Origin: Octopus sinensis
Lineage: Eukaryota
Direction: 5' to 3'
DNA length: 64,000 bases
Assembly (NCBI RefSeq): GCF_006345805.1
Contig: NC_043018.1
Coordinates: 20,088,001-20,152,000 of the forward strand
A model generated the notes under the pieces. The model was not told the origin of the DNA. It was given only the letters and a program-made list of their open reading frames with translations, and searched no databases. Each line of letters starts with the position of its first letter. Position 1 is the stretch's first letter. The translations under genes and the position numbers were made by a program. Shown in pieces: positions 25,578 through 38,219 of this stretch.

Positions 25578-25622
25578 AGTGGCAGCAGTGGTAATAGTAA
25601 TGGCAGCGGCGGCAGCAGCAGC

Positions 25623-25699
<77 letters not shown>

Positions 25700-25992
25700 A
25701 TGTAGTAGTAGTAGTAGTAGTAGTAGTAGTAATAGCAGTGTAGTAGTAGTAGTTGTGGTGGTGGTGGTGGTAGTAGTAGTAGTAGCAGAGTGTAGTAGTA
25801 TTGGTAGTAGTAGTAGTAGTTGTAGTAGCTGCAGTAGTTGTAGTAGTAGCTGCAGTAGTTGTAGTAGTAGCAGTAGTAGTTGCAGAGTGCAGCAGCAGTA
25901 GTAGTAGTAGGCGCACAAGTAGCAGCAGCAGTAGCAGCAGTAGTAGTAGTGCTAGTAGTAGCAGTAGTAGTAGTAGTGCTAGTAGTAGCACC
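25578..25992. repeat. (TAG/CAG)n microsatellite
   Basis: Directly visible. Confidence 0.95.
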
Positions 25993-26044
25993 AGTTGTTG
26001 TTGTGGTTGTCATAGCAACATTACCCTCACAGGTGTATCTTTTC

Positions 26045-26445
26045 CTTCTGCGCTTTTGCTTGCTTCAGTCATCAGACTGCGACCATGCTGGGGCACCACC
26101 ATGAAGGGTGTTAGGGAAACAAACCAACCCCAGTACCTTTTTTTCCCCCCACCCTGGTACTAGCCCTTTTAACTGAACTAGTAAGTTACAGGGACGTAAA
26201 CAAACCAACACTGGTTATCAAGTGGTGGTGGTGGTGGTGGTGGTGGTGGAAGACAAACACAAACATAAACACACACATACATGAAGGGCTTCTTTCAGTT
26301 TCCATTTCCCAAATCCACTCCCAAGGTTTTGGTCGACCCAAAGATATAGAAGGAAACACTTGCCAGAGATGCTATACAGTGGGACTGAACCTGGAGCCTT
26401 GTGGTTGGTAAGCAAAGTTCTTACCACAGCCACCACATCTGCATC
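26045..26445 (-). mobile_element. SINE-B copy, diverged
   Basis: Reverse-complement homology to the family. Confidence 0.75.
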
Positions 26446-26474
26446 TGTGTGTAGCGTTTTTTTGGTTTCTTATA

Positions 26475-26554
<80 letters not shown>

Positions 26555-26559
26555 TTATT

Positions 26560-26680
26560 TATGGGTTTTTCTTCTTCTTTCAAATTTGCTTCCATTTCTT
26601 GCCGAGTGTCTTCCCGACTCCTTGGGCAAAGAAACTCATAGTATACATTGGTAGGCCATTAAACTAAACTCACTAGTTCA
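26560..26680 (-). mobile_element. Probable R4/Dong-like 3' UTR fragment inside (ATT)n
   Basis: Unique ~120 bp flanked on both sides by (ATT)n; minus strand cccaaggagtcgggaagacactcgg...aaataaaataataat. Family assignment is by recalled resemblance only. Confidence 0.4.
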
Positions 26681-26681
26681 T

Positions 26682-26769
<88 letters not shown>

Positions 26770-26773
26770 TTTA

Positions 26774-26825
<52 letters not shown>

Positions 26826-26832
26826 TAAAAAA

Positions 26833-27079
26833 GGCTGGCAGAAATGTTAGCATGCCAAACGAAATTCTTATTAAAATTCTTATTAAAGTTATTATTTTAA
26901 ATTCTTAGCGGTTTTTCATCTGCCGCTCCATCCTGAGTTCAAATTCCGCCAGAGTCGACTTTGCCTTTCATCCTTTCGCAGTCAATATATTTAGTACCAG
27001 TTATGCACTGGGGTCGATGTAATCAACTAAATCCTTTCCCCCCAAATATGAGGTCTTGTGCTTCCAACAGAAAGAATTA

Positions 27080-27080
<1 letters not shown>
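26833..27080 (+). mobile_element. SINE-A copy (tail variant 2)
   Basis: Head, B box, central domain and (ATT)n tail. Confidence 0.75.
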
Positions 27081-27123
<43 letters not shown>

Positions 27124-27938
27124 GTTATAATTGTCATTATTATTCTTTCACAAAGACACCTTAAGTAATGCGGAATCCGATTCTACTGGAGGTCGCTTAT
27201 CTGAAAGATTCGTACGTACTAATGACGCATTTTAAAGTACTAATTGGTATACTATTACTACTGTTGCCTTCTGGTTAGATGCAAACTGACTTGATAAATG
27301 GAAATCACACGGATTACGTTCGGCTATGGCAAAAGTCTAGCGCACATTAAACCTTCAAACGACAATATAGATACTATCGAGATGGTGGCATCAAACCATT
27401 GTGAAAGACTTGAAATGAAATACAACCAGATTCTAACTAAGCTGAGGTTTTGTTTTTTTTGTTAGTATTCATGTGCTTTTTTTCTTTGGTCTTTTTATAT
27501 TTTATCCATTTTTTTCTGTTTTTCTTTTCTTTTATCTAATTTTTTTTTTTTTTTTTACCTCTTTTCGGTATTGTTAAGTAATGTTCTTCAATGGTGTCGT
27601 TATTTAGTCTAACAGAAGAGGAGAATGATTGCTATTGGTAACTTGATGCCACGGTATTCACATGAAAGGGTCGGCGGCAGTAAGGGAGGCGACGGGTTTT
27701 TTTCTTCCTTTTTCCTTCATGTTTTTTTTTTTTTATGATTGTATTGATTCTGTAGCAAGTGGTGGTGGTTGTGGTGGTGGTGGTGGTGGTGGTGGTGGTG
27801 GAATAGACTTCGATGAGAGCTCATTTTTGAAAGAGATATTTAAATAGAGTCGTCTGTGCCACCAACGTTATCACTGAATACATGAAGATACCCATCATAC
27901 AGATCTCCATTGAAGCAGTAATTATATAGCATTATTTG

Positions 27939-27984
<46 letters not shown>

Positions 27985-28289
27985 TGATGATAAAAATAAT
28001 AATAATAAATAATAATAATAATAATGATAATAATAATAATAATAATGATAACAATAATAACGATTAAAATAATAATGATTAAAATAATAATAATAATGAT
28101 AATAATATTTAGACATTTTTAAAATGTATTTGTTGTATATTGTTTAGTTAACTCTTTAACTGTCATGTCTATGTGCTTCAAATACTTTGTCTATGTGTAT
28201 ACATATGTATATACATGTGTATATGTGTGTGTGTATATATATATATGTATATATGTATATATATGTGTGTGTGTTTATATATATATATA

Positions 28290-28336
<47 letters not shown>

Positions 28337-29871
28337 ATATGTGTATGTTTATATATATATATATTTATAGGCACAGACATGGTTGTGTGTTTAAGTTGGT
28401 TAAATTTCTGTTAGATATAAACAAATTATCTTGCTAGTTAGCTTAAAGCATCTAATTTAGTTGTATGAAAGTCAGAAGGCTGCTTTGGTGTTATTGGTAT
28501 CACATCTGCTTAGGTTACGGAAGATGCAGAGTTCAAATCATTCAGGTACTTTGCTATCTTTTTTGCTGTTGCAAAGGGGTTTTTGAACCCCATCTATTAC
28601 AAGCTTTTATCTATAGCTGAATTCATTTCAAAGATAATTTGTTTGCTATGACATATTTTAAATCTTCAATATTTTTTTTTTTTTCTGAAATATCTAACAG
28701 CAAAAAGCCTATGAAATATCAATATAAATAAAGGGATGAAAGGATGCAGCTTTATGTTTTGCGGATGCAGAGACTTGCATCTGCATTTGCCAAAAGAACA
28801 AAAATCCGGTCTGTATTTTTTTTGAAGAATTGAAAAAAGGGATATTCGTTTTGGTTTTCCATTCTTCTTCTCTTTGAACTTAACCCCAGAGCACCTGAGA
28901 TCATTTTAAACCCATTTGTTACCATGTTTCTAATGAAATGCACTGCCTTTGTTTCATCTGATTTCGAAAATAATTAAGAATTTGGCTAAATAACTTTAAG
29001 CTGGTTTCGGAACATAAATTAACATGGAATTTTAACATGGAAGATTTTAATTTAGATCACTTTTAAACAGGAAGTGTGTATGATAGAACCGAAGGGTGAT
29101 ATCAGACGAGTCGTGTCTTTGACTTGCATAACCCTCCCCTCCCACTCATCTACTTTCCATTTTCAGAAATTCCCAAAATAGTATTGAGTTCTTTGAGAAT
29201 TCTTTTTGTGTCTTAGCACCATCTGTTCCATTTTGGCAATCATCTCCATTATATCCAGGTCATCGATCTAATTTGTCTTCATCATCTCTGAAGTCCACTT
29301 CATGCTAGTCAATTAAAATTCTTTGACCATTCCTTTGTCTATTCCCAAAGTCGAGGGATATCTGTTATGGTCCGGTTAACTTCATGCTGTAATTTTCCTG
29401 TCTTCATAAAGTTTTATCTGAAATTCATTTGCAAAGCAGTCCTGTTTTGTCAACATTTACGACTTGTTCACCACCATAAACATTATATTCAGTAACGATT
29501 TTTGATTCATCAAAATATCAAGGCATCTACCTCTTGCCATATTATCGGCACTTGCACTCCCTCTCACAACCCAAGCATTATGAATTATATATATATCACC
29601 ACCACCACCACCACCACCACCATCATCATCATCACTTAACATTGGCTTTTCCGTATCTGCATGGGTCAGACAGAATTTGCTGAGGTTCTCACCTGTTTCA
29701 AAGATTTGTAGTATTTCCTCCATGCCCAAATATTATTTTTTATGGAAGACTGGAGAAAAACTATACCACCTGGATAACAGTGGTGCTCCTTTACAACCCT
29801 TACATGAGGTGAACATTTTGGGTACACACAAACACACACCCTCATATATATATATATGTGATCTCTTGAGC

Positions 29872-30070
29872 ACCACCAGCAAAAATATTTTTTCCTCTGT
29901 CTTCCCTTCTTGGGATCTTTCCTTCTCCTTGTTTCCGACGAAGAGCTCCGCTCGAAACGTTAAACCCTCCTTCCCTTCTTTCCTGAGCGTCAAATAATAC
30001 TTTAATTGTTCCACGTCCTCGCGTTGCTGTTTTTCTCTTTTTTTCTGTGTTTTCTTGTTGGATTAACTAT
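29872..30070 (+). mobile_element. E2 hammerhead-bearing short element
   Basis: guuu CCGACGA a GAGC-ucc-GCUC GAAAC GUU aaac at 29931-29965; ends ggattaac(TA)n. Confidence 0.75.
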
Positions 30071-30092
30071 ATATATATATATATATATGTAC

Positions 30093-30245
30093 GAATTTTT
30101 TGCGTAATGAGATGAAAAAAACCAAGGCTGTATAGATATTAGAGCATTTATAGATAGAATGTCTTACAGCTGTTTCTAGAATATTAATTAATAATAATAT
30201 CCCTATACAACCTTGGTTTTTTTTATCTCACTACGCAAAAAATTC
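30093..30245. repeat. Fold-back element with ~43 bp inverted arms
   Basis: gaattttttgcgtaatgagatgaaaaaaaccaaggctgtatag versus ctatacaaccttggttttttttatctcactacgcaaaaaattc; flanked by TA runs. Confidence 0.85.
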
Positions 30246-30387
30246 ATATATACACACGCTGACATAAAACCAACGTTGAGCCCTTTATTTGCAATATTAC
30301 CGAATCTGGGACTTAACTATGGTCTGTCTATAGCACTTATTCAGCATTACCTGACACTTTTGGGTCTCACTGATACCATTATCTTAT

Positions 30388-30776
30388 GGATGGAAGCACT
30401 CCGTCGGTTACGACGACGAGGGTTCTGGTTGATCTGACCAACGGAACAGCCTGCTTGTGAAATTAACGTGTAAGTGGCTGAGCACTCCACAGACACGTGT
30501 ACCCTTAACGTAGTTCTCGGGGATATTCAGCGTGACACAGAAAGTGACAAGGCCGGCCCTTTGAAATACAGGTACGACAGAAACAGGAAGTAAGAGTGAG
30601 AGAAAGTTGTGGTGAAAGAGTACAGCAGGGATCACCACCATCCCTGCCAGAGCCTCGCGGAGCTTTTTAGGTGTTTTCGCTCAATAAACACTCACAACGC
30701 CCGGTCTGGGAATCGAAACCGCGATCCTATGACCGCGAGTCCGCTGCCCTAACCACTGAGCCATTGCGCCTCCACT
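30388..30776 (-). mobile_element. SINE-D copy with TSD
   Basis: Minus-strand tRNA-like head gtggaggcgcaatggctcagtggttagggcagcggactcgcggtc...ggtttcgattccc; TSD cattatcttat at 30377 and 30777. Confidence 0.92.
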
Positions 30777-30797
30777 CATTATCTTATACATATATAT

Positions 30798-30889
<92 letters not shown>

Positions 30890-30896
30890 CATATAT

Positions 30897-30963
<67 letters not shown>

Positions 30964-31579
30964 AGTTTCTTCCTGTTTCTATCTACAAAATCCTCTCTCA
31001 GAGATCATCTTGGCCCAGGGCTATAGTAGAAAACACTTGCCCAAGGTGCTGCTCTGTGGGACTGAACACAAAGCCACAACGCTGGAAAGCAAGTTCTGAA
31101 ACCACTCAGCCATGCCTACCTCTAAAACACACACACACACATTTCAGATAATTCTATTTTTTATTCAGTTTATTCCAATTTGAAAAGCAGGGAACTAACA
31201 AATAAATGTTAAAAGTCAATGCATATTCTACACAAAAGACATTGTGTTCCAGGGTATCAATACCGAAAATAAGGTGTGTACAATATACATTAATAAACAC
31301 CGTATACACCCATGTATCATGTATTAATATTCATTTATTGCTAACAAAGAAATGCCAAAAGCCATTGCACATTGTGCACAAGAAATATTGTTTTGCAGGG
31401 TTTCAGTACCCCACCCAAAAAAACAGTGTGTATATCATACATGGATACACATTATACATTCATATTTACAGTATATAAGGCTGTGAGTTGGCAGAATTGT
31501 CAGTACACTGGCAGAATGCCTTCTGGTATTTCCTTCATCTGGGTTCAAATCCCGCTGAGGTTGACTTTGCCATTCACTT

Positions 31580-31960
31580 TTTTCCTTGTTTTCAGTCATT
31601 TGACTGTGGCCATGCTGGAGCACTGTCTTTAGTAGAATAAATCAACCCCAGGACTTATTCTTTGTAAGCCTAGTACTTATTCTATCATTCTCTTTTTACT
31701 GAACCGCTAAGTTATGGGGATGTAAACACACCAACATCTGTTGTCAAGCAATGGTGGAAGGACAAACACATACACACACATATATATATATAAATATATG
31801 ATGGGCTTCTCTCAGTTTCCGTCTAATCCACTCACAAGGCTTTGGTTGGCCAGAGGCTATAGTAGAGGACACTTGCCCATGGTGCCATGCAGTGGGACTG
31901 AAACCAGAACCCTGTAGTTGGGAAGCGAGCTTCTTACCACACAGTCATGCCTACACCTAT
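31580..31960 (-). mobile_element. SINE-B copy, joined to a plus-strand SINE-A head fragment at ~31480-31575
   Basis: Family homology. Confidence 0.82.
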
Positions 31961-32169
31961 CTCTTCATGTTCTTCAAAAAATCCCAAAAGGTTGGACAGT
32001 GGGGTTGATCTAATCAACTTAACCCTTGACAACCGATGTTGGTGTGTTTACGTCCCCGTTAATTTATTATGAATTTGCTTCTGTGCAGGGTGTCAAAATA
32101 AATTCGACAGTTTGCATAAAAGGCAAACGAAGACTGGTGGTGTAGAAAACAAACAGATGTATTAGTATA

Positions 32170-33422
32170 ACACTCAGGAATAGAAACAGTCTTTTACGTT
32201 TCGAGCCTATGCTCTTCTACAGAAAGGGACACAGAAAAAACAAGGAGAGAAAGAAGGAAATAAAAAAATATGTGTGTAGTGGCTACTCTCCAACGTCACT
32301 GACTGCTCAAAAATACATCGAGCTGTTCTTAAAAAAGCGGGGCTCAAATCATCAAGCGTATCCCAAACATCCTGTATATATGAAGGGTCTGTTTTAAGCC
32401 AATCACACACATTTAATAAGACCGAGCAAAATATTGAATGTTCTATTTTAAAGACACCCTAGCCACCATCTGTTTTCCTCCTACACTCAGGAATAGAAAA
32501 AGTCTTTTACGTTTCGAGCCTACGCTCTTCTTCAGAAAGGGACACAGAAAAAACAAGGAGAGAAAGAAGGAGAGAAAAAAATATGTGTGTAGTGGCTACT
32601 CTCCAACGTCACTGACTGCTCAAAAATACATCGAGCTGTTCTTAAAAAAGCGGGGCTCAAATCATCAAGCGTATCCCAAACATCCTGTATATATGAAGTG
32701 TCTGTTTTAAGCCAATCACACACATTTAATAAGACCGAGCAAAATATGAATGTTCTATTTTAAAGACACCCTAGCCACCATCTGTTTTCCTCCTACACTC
32801 AGGAATAGAAAAAGTCTTTTACGTTTCGAGCCTACGCTCTTCTTCAGAAAGGGACACAGAAAAAACAAGGAGAGAAAGAAGGAGAGAAAAAAATATGTGT
32901 GTAGTGGCTACTCTCCAACGTCACTGACTGCTCAAAAATACATCGAGCTGTTCTTAAAAAAGCGGGGCTCAAATCATCAAGCGTATCCCAAACATCCTGT
33001 ATATATGAAGTGTCTGTTTTAAGCCAATCACACACACATTTAATAAAACAGAGCAAAATATTGAATGTTCTATTTTAAAGACACCCTAGCCACCATCTGT
33101 TTTCCTCCTACACACAGGAATAGAAAAAGTCTTTTACATTTCGAGCCTACGCTCTTCTTCAGAAAGAGACACAGAAAAAAAACAAGGAAAGAAAAATATG
33201 TGTGTAGTGGCTGCTCTCCAACGTCACTGACTGCTCATAAATACATCGAGCTGCTCTTAAAAAAGCAGGGCATAAAATCATCAAGCATATCCCAAACATC
33301 CTGTATATGTGTGTATGTAATAGCATCTGGTATATACGAAGGGTCTGTTTTAATAAGAGAGAGCAAAATATTGAATGTTCTATTTTAAAGACACCCTAGC
33401 CACCATCTGCTTTCCTCCTACA
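32170..33422 (-). repeat. Tandem array, 4 x ~313 bp, one minimal hammerhead per unit
   Basis: Unit starts at 32170, 32483, 32795 and 33110. Minus-strand motif cuuu CUGAAGA a GAGC-guag-GCUC GAAAC GUA aaag at 32502-32543 and 32814-32855; variants at 32189-32230 (CUGUAGA) and 33129-33170 (GAAAU). Confidence 0.9.
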
Positions 33423-33664
33423 TTTCTTTTATCCTCGGGATTTAGATAAATCAATACACTATCCTTTGTGTTGTTTGCTTATCTCCTGTTTTTTTGTTTT
33501 TTTTTTCTTGTCCTTGTATTCGCTGAACCTAATGACTTCCTCGACTGCTCCATGTTTGCTCTCAACAAGCTGTTCTTTCATTTTCATGAGGTGGCCTCTT
33601 TCGAAATCTCCTTCAACATTCTTCATGTTACATGTTTGTGCGGGTATAATCACACATGCACGCA

Positions 33665-34094
33665 CACCTATTTTTCCGTATTTCCTCTCTAAACTCTAGA
33701 ACAACCCTTCAATGCCCAAATCTTTGCCCAAAATGGCAAAATCACAAGATATAAAAAAACAACAACAATAATTATCGTTTAGAAAGAAAGTATACAAGAC
33801 AGGGATGTTGTTGTTGTTGTTTGTGGTGGTGATGGTGGTAGTGGTGGTGGCGGCGGCAGTTGTGTTAATGGTGGTGATGGTATTGGTGGAAATGAGAGAG
33901 CCCTATGGTAATTATTCTGGCTCTTTCCATTCTGAGTTCAAATCTTGCTGAGGTCACCTTTGCCCTCCTCCACCCCCACAACATTAGTCCTTCCAGAGTT
34001 GATGTAAAATGAAGTACCAGTAATGTAGTCAGGTCAATTTAATCACCAAATCATCTCCCCACCCATCGTCCAAATTTCAGTTCTTGTGCATCTG
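33665..34094 (+). repeat. Left arm of a ~430 bp inverted duplication
   Basis: Reverse complement of 36549-36982 with few substitutions. Confidence 0.93.
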
Positions 34095-34100
34095 GTTTCC

Positions 34101-34396
34101 CATGCACACACATACACACACACACACACACACACAAATACACATGCACACACATATACACACACACACACATACACACACACACACACACACACAATAC
34201 ACATGCACACACATACACACACACACACACACACACAAATACACATGCACACACATATACACACACATACACACACACACACACAAATACACATGCACAC
34301 ACATACACACACACACACACACACAAATACACATGCACACACATATACACACACATACACACACACACACACAAATACACATGCACACACACACAT
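34101..34396. repeat. (CA)n-based minisatellite
   Basis: Unit approximately caaatacacatgcacacacatacacacac. Confidence 0.93.
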
Positions 34397-34744
34397 GTAT
34401 ATAGCTGGTGCAGCTATGGCTGCATGGTTAAGGGGTTTGCTGCCAAACCATCTGATTTGGGGTTCAGTCCCACAGCACTGTAATCTCTACTATAGTTCTG
34501 GGTCAAGCAAAGCCTTCTGCATAGATTTGTTTGGTAGAAAGAAACTGAAAGAAGCTTGTGTGTATGGTATGTATGTATATATATATACACACATGTTTGA
34601 TAACTTAACTAAATTCGTTTAACACTGTACTTTACATACATCTGCCTGGATTTATTAACCCGTTTTACTTCTCTCTCTCTCTCTCTCTCTCTCTCTGCAC
34701 ATATATAATATATATACACACACACACACACACACATACATACA

Positions 34745-34781
<37 letters not shown>

Positions 34782-34809
34782 CTAATATATATAATGTGTG
34801 TATGTATGC

Positions 34810-34975
34810 ACTGTGTTTTTTTTCTCTCTGTGTATCTTTCTGTTGAAGAGCGTAGGCTCGAAACGTTAAAGACTTGTTTTATTTATATTTCCTGAGCGCC
34901 ATACTAATACAATTGTTTGTTTGTTTTCCACCTGCCTTCGTCTTTTGTCTATTTTCATAAAGCTTCCCGTTATAT
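34810..34975 (+). mobile_element. E1 hammerhead-bearing short element
   Basis: ucuuu CUGUUGA a GAGC-guag-GCUC GAAAC GUU aaaga at 34835-34872; ends in (TA)n. Confidence 0.75.
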
Positions 34976-35003
34976 ATATATCAACCATGTATGTATGTAT
35001 CTA

Positions 35004-35042
<39 letters not shown>

Positions 35043-35048
<6 letters not shown>

Positions 35049-35240
35049 AAATCCGTTCTGTCTGTCTCTGTGTGTTCCTTCTAGGATCTCGGGCATCCTC
35101 CATCCGATTGTGCTCAAATTTGATATGTAGATACAGACGGTATCAGGGCGTGTATAAGTTTTGAAAAAATTACAAAAATCGATTTCAGGTGAGAACGCGA
35201 TCAATAAAGCCGTGGGAACAAGCATTTGTAAAATCGTTTT
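35043..35240 (+). mobile_element. Possible non-autonomous Helitron-like 5' portion
   Basis: tatataaaat followed by a tgtctgtc microsatellite and ccgattgtgctcaaattt, a layout typical of short Helitron derivatives; no 3' end identified. Confidence 0.4.
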
Positions 35241-35432
35241 TCTTGGAATAGAAAAAAAGTCTATCTTTATTTCTTCTTTTGCTGGTGTCTCAAATTTAGG
35301 TTAAATCAGCATTTCTTAAAGGAGAGGCCTATGGGATGGTTGGACAAGTTGTTTTGAGAAAATTTCATTTAAATGTTTGACACCTCAGCACTATCCATTG
35401 GACAGGGGGCGTTTTGCTCATATATATATATA

Positions 35433-35471
<39 letters not shown>

Positions 35472-36548
35472 AATGTATGTGTGTGTATGTATGTATCTCT
35501 TGGGCTTGACATTAATGTTCATCCAATGGTGAGGCTTGAGTTGTGGTGAATGTGGAGTTTCCCCCTAATTACCGAGGGCCAATCTGACCCAAACCGGTAA
35601 TACCTGTCACAGTCTGTTCTATGAGTTAAATTGATTTCCCAGGGATAGAGGACGCTACCTTTACTTTTAACAAAGCTGTGGGAAGGCAGCTCTAGAAGGA
35701 AGATACGCTGACATTAAACTTGCAGTCAAAGCAGTAACAGCCATCTTAGAATGCTTCTTGCTGGAATGTATTATGGTGACCAAGAGAGTGGCAAAAGTAT
35801 TGTACAAGATTTTATCACTTAAACCCAATGACATGGAGACGTCTCACTATCATTTCATTTCTTGATCCGTTTTGTAATTTATAAAGTCCTATGGTGATGG
35901 ATGCATGGCCAGTCATTCATTTGTAGGGATGAATGGAAATCAGAACAATCTGACAAGCTGAGAAAAACATCATATTTGTCTGTGTTGGGTTATGTGTATC
36001 TGAGTGTATGTTTATATTTGTGCTTCTTCAAAAATTATTGGCCTACAAGTGGTGATGTTTTTGTCATTACCTCTGCTGCCAAAATACAGGTGCTTATCCC
36101 CACCTTTGAAATAATAAGGACACAGAAAATGTGTCATGGCCAACAGGAAACAGTGTTTCCTAGGGCTAAATAGCAGTAGCATTCTTCCCTTTCATGGGAC
36201 TGCCACATTAAGTTGGCAACATACCATCACTTTATTGATGGCTTTCTGCTTTCAAAAATGTGTGGAATAAAAGATCCCTTACTTGGAAAACTGGTAAGTG
36301 TTAGTGACAGGGGAGGCATCCACCTGTAAAACAGTGACTCAATAATGTATTCTTTTAACCCCAGGACATAAAATTGAACAGAAAGTGGATAAAAAATGGA
36401 CAAAAAAATGAATGAAGTTTAAAATAAACTTAAAATTATGTATACAAAAGTGAAACCAGAACACATCAAAGATAATTAAAGAATTCGCAGAGTGAATTCC
36501 AAGGTGGGAATTAGAAACATGGACATTTTAAGTTGGAATTGTTTCTGA

Positions 36549-36982
36549 CAGATGCACAAGAACTGAAATTTGGACGATGAGTGGGGAGATGATTTGGTGA
36601 TTAAATTGACCTGACTGCGTTACTGGTACTTCATTTTACATCAGCTCTGGAAGGACTAATGTGGTGGGGGTGGAGGAGGGCAAAGGTGACCTCAGCAAGA
36701 TATGAACTCAGAATGGAAAGAGCCGGAATAATTATCACAAGGCTCTCTCATTTCCACCAATACCATCACCACCATTAACACAACTGCCGCCACCACCACC
36801 ACTACCACCATCACCACTACAAACAACAACAACAACAACATCCCTGTTTTGTATACTTTCTTTCTAAACGATAATTATTGTTTTTGTTTTTTTTATATCT
36901 TGTGATTTTGCTATTTTGGGCAAAGATTAATGCATTGAAGGGTTGTTCTAGAGTTTAGAGAGGAAATACGGAAAAATAGGTG
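36549..36982 (-). repeat. Right arm of the ~430 bp inverted duplication
   Basis: See 33665-34094. Confidence 0.93.
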
Positions 36983-37006
36983 AAAGTTTTGTGTAGTAGC
37001 AGCAGC

Positions 37007-37049
<43 letters not shown>

Positions 37050-37164
37050 TTGGTAGTTGTGGTGGGAATGAAGGTTGTGGGGATTGTTATTTGAAAAGGA
37101 TATATATGTGTATATATATATATGTATATATATATGTGTGTGTGTGTGTGTATGTGTGTGTGTG

Positions 37165-37180
37165 CATGTGTGTGTATATC

Positions 37181-37236
<56 letters not shown>

Positions 37237-37252
37237 GATATACACACACATG
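37165..37252. repeat. Perfect palindrome centred on (TA)n
   Basis: catgtgtgtgtatatcatcttt (TA)n aaagatgatatacacacacatg. Confidence 0.9.
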
Positions 37253-37324
37253 TTTGTACAGCATATACAAACATGAATATATATAATTTACATATGCCTA
37301 TCTATCTATATGATATATGTATAT

Positions 37325-37390
<66 letters not shown>

Positions 37391-37436
37391 TATATATAAT
37401 GTATTATTTATATGTATTAAATATAGATGTATCATA

Positions 37437-37521
<85 letters not shown>

Positions 37522-37839
37522 ACCCATGCACACACATTTATATATATACAAAGTTGGTCTGCAGCCCTGCAAAAAGAAATTTCACTTCTGTTTGAGCAAA
37601 TATTTAATACAAACATACAATACGATATAATAGATGAGGTTAGGGAATCATAGAAGCAGCAAGCATTACCTAAAGGAGTTTAGGGCTTGCAAGGATGGAG
37701 GAGCATTGAGGAAGGAAAGAAAGAAAGAAACGGAAGGAAGGAAGGAAGGAAAGAAGAAAGAAAATCCTAAAGACCAAGGTTACCCTTGCCACATTGACGA
37801 TATTGTACTGCTGTTCATCTTTAAAATATTTCTCTCTCT

Positions 37840-37856
37840 TTCTATCTACCTGTCTG

Positions 37857-37912
<56 letters not shown>

Positions 37913-38006
37913 CCTACCTACCTACCTACCTACCTACCTACCTACATACATACATACTTACCTACCTACCTATCTATCTATCTCTCTATCTATCTATCTA
38001 TCTATC

Positions 38007-38075
<69 letters not shown>

Positions 38076-38170
38076 TTGTCTGTCTATTTTTTTTCTCTCC
38101 CCAAAAAGGAAAGCTCTACTTTGTAATTTGTCCCCTCTGTGTTCAGCCCTGTGTGGCTAATAAAGAAACA

Positions 38171-38219
<49 letters not shown>

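Noticed and set aside
30680-30776. tRNA-like sequence (also ~49640-49730 and ~53470-53553)
   Set aside because: These are SINE heads continuing into a shared body with TSDs, not tRNA genes.
32438-33388. Repeated 90-107 aa ORFs in the tandem array
   Set aside because: By-product of the repeat unit, with no recognisable protein; the RNA motif on the opposite strand is the informative feature.
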